Shown here in pieces: positions 59,489 through 64,000 of a stretch of DNA of 64,000 bases. Location: assembly GCA_033442325.1 (NCBI GenBank), contig JAWQFM010000013.1:1457847-1521846 (forward strand), read 5' to 3'. The first letter of the stretch is position 1. Each line of letters starts with the position of its first letter. The stretch comes from Salpingoeca rosetta (lineage: Eukaryota > Protista > Choanoflagellata). The translations under genes and the position numbers were made by a program. The notes beneath the pieces are model-generated. The model did not search any database. It was not told where the DNA came from and worked only from the letters and a program-made list of their open reading frames with translations.

Positions 59489-59796
59489 CGTCTCGAGCTG
59501 TGTGAGAGCCGCTGGTACCCGTGGAGAGGTGAGGGTGGTCTTGCTTCGCTTCACTTCTTTGCTTGCTTGGTGGGTCGGTTGAAATGGCTCACACCACCAC
59601 CACCTTCATCATCAACCAGCGGTGTCATGACGCGTGTATTGCTTCTTGTGCGCAGTACTTTATTGCAACAGCAAGACTTGCGAAGATTCGGTAAGATTGT
59701 CAAGTATTGTCAAGGCAAGCAAGGCAACCCAATTCAATGTTTGTTGTTGACACACACACACTTTCACACACACTTTCACACACACACGCACACACA

Positions 59797-59856
<60 letters not shown>

Positions 59857-59889
59857 CACACACACACACACAAACGTGCCACCGCGCGT

Positions 59890-61316
59890 TCAGCAGTAAG
59901 AGCTCTTGATGTTGTGCTGGCGTCTGAGGGTGGCGAGGGAAGGGCGACGGCGGCGAGGCACCGTGCTACAAATCAGGCGACAGCCACGACGGCGACGATA
60001 ATACAATAGGCGAAACCGCTGCAGGTGCAGCTGCTCCTCGTCAATGCCTTCATCAAGCATTGGGATGTCCAGCCACGGGGCATACTCCTCAAACCACTCC
60101 ACAGTGATGACTGGCGACGGAGGGGCCGGTGCTGGCGGCGCCCCGGTGCGCTGGCCCGTCAGGCGGCTCACCGAAGGCGCACACAGATGCATCAGCGTCA
60201 TGACCAGTGGCACCGTGGCAACGACGCCTGTCCCAGTCACAGTGGCGTGGATCACCTGCCGACGCGGCGGGGCCACAGGCTGCGCACGGCCCGTGCCTGC
60301 CTCCTGCCACGTGCCTTGCTGTACTCGCATGTGCATGTGCATCCGCACCTGATTCTGGTCTCGGGCCTGTACTCGCACGTGCACCGTGGTGGCGTGGTCG
60401 TCACCATCGTCGTCGTCGTCGTCGTCGTCGTTGGCCAAGTCGGAGAGCTGCGCGAGTGCCGTTGGGGATGCAGATTCGCTGCGGGAGATGGCAGAGGAGG
60501 ACGACACCCGCTGCTGCTCGAGGTCCCGCTGCACCGCCCCCGTGGCTGTTGTGCTGGCGCCGAGCAGGGCAGGGACGGAGTGGGTTGCTGGCATGCGCGG
60601 GCGCCCGTCCCCGCCATGGCCAGCAGGCACGTCCTCAAACGAGAACTGTGCCGAAGCTGCCGTGCATGCGTACGTGTGTGAATGTGCGTGAGTGTGTGAA
60701 TGTGTGAGTGTGTGAGTGTGCAAGTTCATACGCATGTACATGCGTGCTTATGTGAGGTTGGTTGCATGCGTGCATGTATGCAAACCGAGGTGAGGGAAAC
60801 TCGTGAATGCAGGCAGATGAAGACGGAGCAAGGCTGTGGCAGCGTGCATGAGAGCAAAGGCAGGGCCGAGTGGCCGTAGCAGCACCACCTTGCGTGGGCA
60901 GGGAGGTGCGGCTGCGGGTGGGCCTTGGTGGCGGCGGGTTGGCCGGGCGGCGGCCGTTGCCTTGCGTGCTTGCATGCACGTCAGCAGGGGTGCTTGGCTT
61001 GGCTTCCACTCGGGGGCTGGATGGCTCAGCGGGGCCCACGCTCGGTGACACGTTCACATCTGCAGCAGGCGACAGCGCACAGGTGACAGGCAGGCGAGAA
61101 GCGAACGAGTGAGGAGTGAGAGGGGACAGGGCGAGCAACACAGGTGGGCTGTGTTGTGCGGTGATGCAAAGAAACCGTGAACTGTGGACATGGATGGATG
61201 GATATGAGGGTGGTGATGGTGATGTTTGCAAGGTTGCTTGCTTGCAAGCACGCACACCAAGAAAGGCACAGAAACACACACGAGCACTTCACACAACCTT
61301 CGTTGGTGCGAGACAT
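59890..61316 (-). CDS. Hypothetical disordered protein, at least 3 exons
   Basis: Phase-consistent exons MSRTNE|DVNVSPS...PTQ|ASAQFSFED...KSSYC*. No recognisable domain; upstream exons are possible. Confidence 0.45.
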
Positions 61317-61499
61317 GCTTGGTGGTGCTGAAGGGAGAAAAGGAGGAGGCGGAGAAGGGACAAGGGAAGGGAAGGGGGGAGGGGGGCAGCGGGTCGTGCG
61401 ATGGGATCTGGGCACAGCAGGTGATGGTGGCAGGGCACGGGAGCGACAGTGTGCTTGGCAGACTTGACCACGTTGTGTGTGCGAGAGAGAGGGAAGTGT

Positions 61500-61599
61500 N
61501 NNNNNNNNNNNNNNNNNNNNNNNNNNNNNNNNNNNNNNNNNNNNNNNNNNNNNNNNNNNNNNNNNNNNNNNNNNNNNNNNNNNNNNNNNNNNNNNNNNN
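61500..61599. other. Assembly gap (100 N)
   Basis: Run of N. Confidence 1.
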
Positions 61600-61728
61600 G
61601 AATGTGCAATGATGTCCCCCACCAAGCCACCACACACAGCCACCCGGGACCAACAGCGGCCGCATCAGAAATATACATGTTGGGACAAAACGCGTGGGGA
61701 GGAAGAAGAGAACAGGAACACAGCTCAA

Positions 61729-61812
<84 letters not shown>

Positions 61813-61888
61813 TGGTGGTGGTGGGGTTGCAAGCAGGAGTAACAGCAGCTTGAAAGCAGATCGCCAGGCCACGCATTGGTTGGCTGCC

Positions 61889-61977
<89 letters not shown>

Positions 61978-62228
61978 GTTGGTTGGTTGGCTGTCAACAG
62001 GCCACAACCACCTGCATGGGTTGGAAACAATAATAAAAGAAAAAGCAGTCACAATGACCCAATGGAACCAGCCACAACGCTGCCGTGTTGATAGCACGCC
62101 ATACAACGGCCGCAACCACTCCCCCAAGCAACAGACGGGGAAGCAATGGTGGAGGCAGCGGGTGGGGAAAGAACGGAAGACGAAAGGGAAGCGGTGGGAG
62201 GGGAGAGCTGAGAAAAAGTGGGCGACAA

Positions 62229-62291
62229 GAGGAAAGAGGAAAGAGGAAAGAGGAAAGAGGAAAGAGGAAAGAGGAAAGAGGAAAGAGGAAA
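62229..62291. repeat. (GAGGAAA)n heptamer repeat, about 9 copies
   Basis: Directly visible. Confidence 0.9.
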
Positions 62292-62711
62292 GAAAGGAGC
62301 ATACCAGCCCCAAGCACACACGCGCACACAATTGAAATGCGCACCAAAGCCAGGGAGGGGAGGGGGTTGGCGAGGGAAGGGGAAGGGGAAGGGTGACACG
62401 TCAGGACATGGTTGCACCCCAAGCGCAGAGCCACGTTCTATGGACGCGGGTGCGGCATACCGATCGCCCAGCTGAGGGACACACAGCAACTGCGGGACGG
62501 GGGAGGGGTCGGAAAGGTAGATCACCCAACGTATTGTTCGCAAGTGTGTGTGATTGTGGTGGAGGGTGAGTGTTGTGTTGGTATTGGTGGTGGTGTGACT
62601 GGTGGTGTAAGCGAGGTTGGTGAGAGTGAAGTTGGTGTGAGTGAAGTTGAGCAGGAGACAAAGAGGCACATGCAAACACACACACGCAGAAACAGACAAC
62701 GAAGTTCATCC

Positions 62712-62801
<90 letters not shown>

Positions 62802-64000
62802 TGGGCAAGCAAGCACGCCGATGGACGCGTGGTGGTGGATCCACATTGGTCGAGGGCATAATCATACCCCCAGTGATGTGCAGTTGCTTGCTTGGCTAGT
62901 CCTTCTGTGTGTTCCAGGTTTGGTGTCCGGTTCGCAATCCTTTGGTTGACGGAGATTTGGCGTGTTCCGACGAGCGCAGTCGCCTTCATCTGGTCCAAAA
63001 CACGTCCTTTGGACACGCGGCAGGCAGCCTTGTCAGCATGAGCAGGGGCGAGGAGTCAACTTCAAGAGAAAGTTGTCGTGGACGTCGTGGCCTTGCTTGG
63101 CACATGCACACACACGCACACACGCACACACACACGCGCACGCGCATATGCGAGATGCGCTCATCCATGTCGGTTCAGCACCAGCATCATCAGCGGTTTG
63201 AGGAGAACGTCCATTGGGAGCAGCGACATCAACACGGTGGGTTGGTCGGTTGGTGGGCGGTTCGTGGGGGAGACAGCGATTTCAGCGAGCGAGCGAGCGA
63301 GCCGAGTGAAGGCGTTAGGGGAACGTTGGAGACGGGGAGGTGGGATGGTGGAAGGGTGAAGAGACAACAAGCCAGCCAATCCAGCCAAGCCAGCCAAGCG
63401 AGGAGAACAAGGTCGTTCGTTCTCTTCTTCCGCTCTGACTTGTTTTGCTGGTGCGGTTGTGGAGGATTGCTTGAAGATTTACACAAAACGGCGATCGGAA
63501 GGACAGCACGAACAAACCCAAAACAACAACCAACACGCACCAACAAGCAAGCAAGCAACAAGCAACAGCGCTTCTTGAGTTGCAGTTGTGTGGGTGATGT
63601 GTGGGTGATGTGTGGGTGATGTGAAGCATGATGGTTCGCACACACATGCACACACACACACTGGTGGTGTGTGCACATTCACATATCCACACAGAGCAAG
63701 CAAACCAAGTGGAGATGAATACAACAAAGGAGAAGAGCAGCACGAGTGCATTCAATCTCACACACGCACACGGTGCATCGACGTGGTTCGTACGAACAGC
63801 TGCAGGCCGAAGTCAGCAGCCGATAAAGGTACGCAGTGTTGGCTGAAATGAAGTGCGTGCATGTGTTGAATGCGTGTTGTGGTGTGTGTGGTGTACGTGC
63901 GTGTGTGTAGCGTACGTGCGTGTTTTGAGTGCGCTTGTGCTCTGTATTCTGTGTTGTTTCTTCATGCAGGTGCAAGCAAACACGCAAGCAGGCCGTTTCT

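Noticed and set aside
62400-63300. Exon-like segments upstream of the last hypothetical gene
   Set aside because: No consistent spliced reading frame or domain could be built.

Overview
Eukaryotic, GC-rich, intron-dense genomic DNA saturated with (CA/GT)n and trinucleotide microsatellites, with three assembly gaps. The style suggests a choanoflagellate such as Salpingoeca rosetta (inference). Most six-frame ORFs are repeat-derived shadows, so genes were rebuilt by hand from splice sites and exon phases. In order: a Q-rich ORF running off the left edge (-); cathepsin L-like papain protease (-); NOP56 (+); glycine cleavage H protein (+); a very large coiled-coil/low-complexity gene (-); a GOLGA4/golgin-97-like GRIP golgin with an internal EF-hand pair (-); CWC15 with a GC-AG first intron (+); a rhodanese protein (-); a 2OG-Fe(II) dioxygenase (+); a secreted TSP1/coiled-coil/FN3/triple-repeat protein (+); an SPX-Frag1/DRAM/Sfk1 fusion (+); a fungal-type MDR enoyl reductase (-); and a hypothetical gene (-). 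The best novelty candidates are the SPX-DRAM/TMEM150 fusion, the EF-hand golgin, the cubilin-N-like secreted protein, a box C/D element in a NOP56 intron, and polarised GU/CA intron repeats. No tRNA, rRNA, CRISPR array or transposon was recognised. Family calls come from remembered motifs, not database searches.
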